Part shown: one piece after another, positions 30,723 to 32,000 of the stretch
How positions within the stretch are numbered: the first letter of the stretch is position 1
How the letters are laid out: every line of letters begins with the position of its first letter
Origin: Mycoplasma mycoides subsp. capri
GTDB lineage: Bacteria; Bacillota_I; Bacilli_A; Mycoplasmatales; Mycoplasmataceae
Length of the DNA stretch: 32,000 nucleotides
Direction: 5' to 3'
Assembly: GCF_018389705.1 (NCBI RefSeq)
Contig: NZ_CP065581.1
Coordinates: forward strand, 630,001 to 662,000
Notes under the pieces: generated by a model
The model's database searches: none
What the model was told of the DNA's origin: nothing
The model's input: the letters and a program-made list of their open reading frames with translations, nothing else
Made by a program: the position numbers and the translations under genes

Positions 30723-30820
30723 AGTTGAGCGGTAGCAAGTTCATCTAAACCGTGACTTCCGGCGGTGAAGTCTAAATAATTTGAACTAAAAATAGAACTC
30801 CTTTTGAGAGTTCTTTTTTT
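30723..30820 (+). ncRNA. Candidate small RNA, class 1, copy G (orphan; 114 nt upstream of the DUF285 gene)
   Basis: Body identical to copy C. Terminator 3' arm changed to GAGAGTTCT (AGAACTC/GAGTTCT pairing), followed by T7. Confidence 0.55.
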
Positions 30821-30934
30821 ATACTTAATACGTACTAACTAACTTTAAAATATATTAGAAAAATTAAATTTTATCTATATTAAATAGTTTGCTTGTTATT
30901 TATTTAAAATAATATTAAAAATAAATTAAAGATT

Positions 30935-31462
30935 ATGATGAATAAAATTATAAAACAACCAGTTTATAATACTAATCAAACTGAATGCTTAGAAATTGGA
31001 TATGAATGATATGATAATCAAATATCAATTATTCCATTTCCTCATACTATTAAAAAAGTTCCAAGAGTTTTACCAACTCAAATTACTAGTTTAGAAAATG
31101 CCTTTATTTATAATCAAAATGAATTTATTGATGGAATAGAGTACTGAGATACATCAAATATAACTAATATGTATTCTATGTTTTATGAAGCTAATAATTT
31201 TAATCAAAATATTAGCATGTGAGATGTAAGTAATGTTGTTGATATGAGTTATATGTTTTGTTGAGCTTATAAATTTAATCAAGACATTTCAAATTGAAAT
31301 GTAAGTAATGTTAAATATATGAATGATATGTTTTATTGTGCTAATAATTTTAATCAAAATATTTCTAAATGAAATGTAAGTAATGTAAAAAAGGATTATC
31401 AAAATATTGGTAGTGGTGGGTTTAATTGAAAAGATGAGTTTAAACCTAAGTTTAATAAATAG
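30935..31462 (+). CDS. DUF285-type (BspA-like leucine-rich repeat) protein
   Basis: Fully hand-translated: 175 aa with 7 TGA = Trp codons. Repeats of the form MF..A..FNQ.IS.W[DN]VSNV are characteristic of the Mollicutes DUF285 family. TAG at 31460. Confidence 0.8.
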
Positions 31463-31481
31463 AATTAATAACAAGATATAA

Positions 31482-31505
31482 AAGCAGTCTTAGACTGCTT
31501 TTTTT
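31482..31505 (+). terminator. Rho-independent terminator of the DUF285 gene
   Basis: AAGCAGTC-tta-GACTGCTT followed by a T-run. Confidence 0.75.
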
Positions 31506-31630
31506 GTTAAATGTTTTTTTAAAAAAATAATCATTTTTAAATAATAAAATAAGTGTTTATGAATAAAAACAAACTTATTAAAAAAGTAAAATTATAGTAA
31601 TAAAAGGTATTTAAAATATAGAAAGACATT

Positions 31631-32000
31631 ATGAAAAAACTATTATTTATACTTCCAATAACTTTAATACCACTATTAACTATTACTAGTTGTTCAACTA
31701 ATTTTCAATTACCAGAATCTAATAAAAAATATGATAAAAATAATATTAAAAAAGAAATAAAGAATTTTACTTATAATGGTATTACATATAACTTAATTAA
31801 AGAAGATAATATTGATCCAGAAAATGTTTATTATGCTAATGAAGTATTAGAAAATGACGCAAAACAATTTAAATCATATATTCCTGATTATAAAAAATAC
31901 TTTTATAACCAAGTAGATAATAAACTAAAACTTGCCACTCCTGATTTAGGCGCATCTTGATTTGATTTTCCAACTATTGCTAAACTTAGTCAATTTGTCA
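31631..32000 (+). CDS. Lipoprotein (3' end outside the window)
   Basis: MKKLLFILPITLIPLLTITSC lipobox. The track stop at 31958 is TGA, so the frame runs off the window. Confidence 0.7.

Noticed and set aside
26755-30820. The repeated modules as a CRISPR array
   Set aside because: The repeat unit is about 235 nt with its own promoter-like palindrome and terminator. The spacers are themselves conserved, some units are separated by full genes, and there are no cas genes in the window.
26500-31500. The P/RNA locus as an IS element, prophage or ICE fragment
   Set aside because: I recognised no transposase, integrase, terminal inverted repeats or target duplication. Only the strand switch and the repeat structure mark it as accessory.

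Overview
This is a very AT-rich, Mollicutes-type chromosome segment that must be read with genetic code 4 (TGA = Trp). The supplied standard-code ORF track splits most genes at TGA. I re-joined in-frame pieces up to the first TAA/TAG. I hand-checked gene ends and several junctions, but not every long interior. The result is a dense, mostly minus-strand block. It holds housekeeping genes (hup, gpsA, der, cmk, ppa on +, yebC-family, a deoxynucleoside kinase, an RluB/RsuA-type pseudouridine synthase, scpB, scpA). It also holds an ascorbate-family PTS (fused IIC-IIB plus IIA), an ABC ATPase/permease pair, and many lipoprotein or coiled-coil surface-protein genes. Gene content and order resemble the Mycoplasma mycoides/capricolum group; that is recognition from memory, not a search. 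The standout region is about 26.75-30.85 kb. It carries seven copies of a ~100-nt module: a perfectly conserved 21-bp palindrome, a G+C-rich structured body and an intrinsic terminator. The bodies fall into two sequence classes. Three copies sit 38-53 nt upstream of three paralogous same-strand genes (242, 312 and 248 aa) whose N-terminal ~115 aa carry PemK/MazF/ToxN-like motifs. The other four copies are orphans. I interpret this as a multi-copy type III-like (RNA antitoxin) toxin-antitoxin or abortive-infection locus; a cis-acting leader/attenuator is the main alternative. Neither reading is verified. A second point of interest is a pair of paralogous small lipoprotein genes with Vmm/Vmc-like TA-rich promoter spacers. 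No rRNA, tRNA, CRISPR array, transposase or integrase was recognised.
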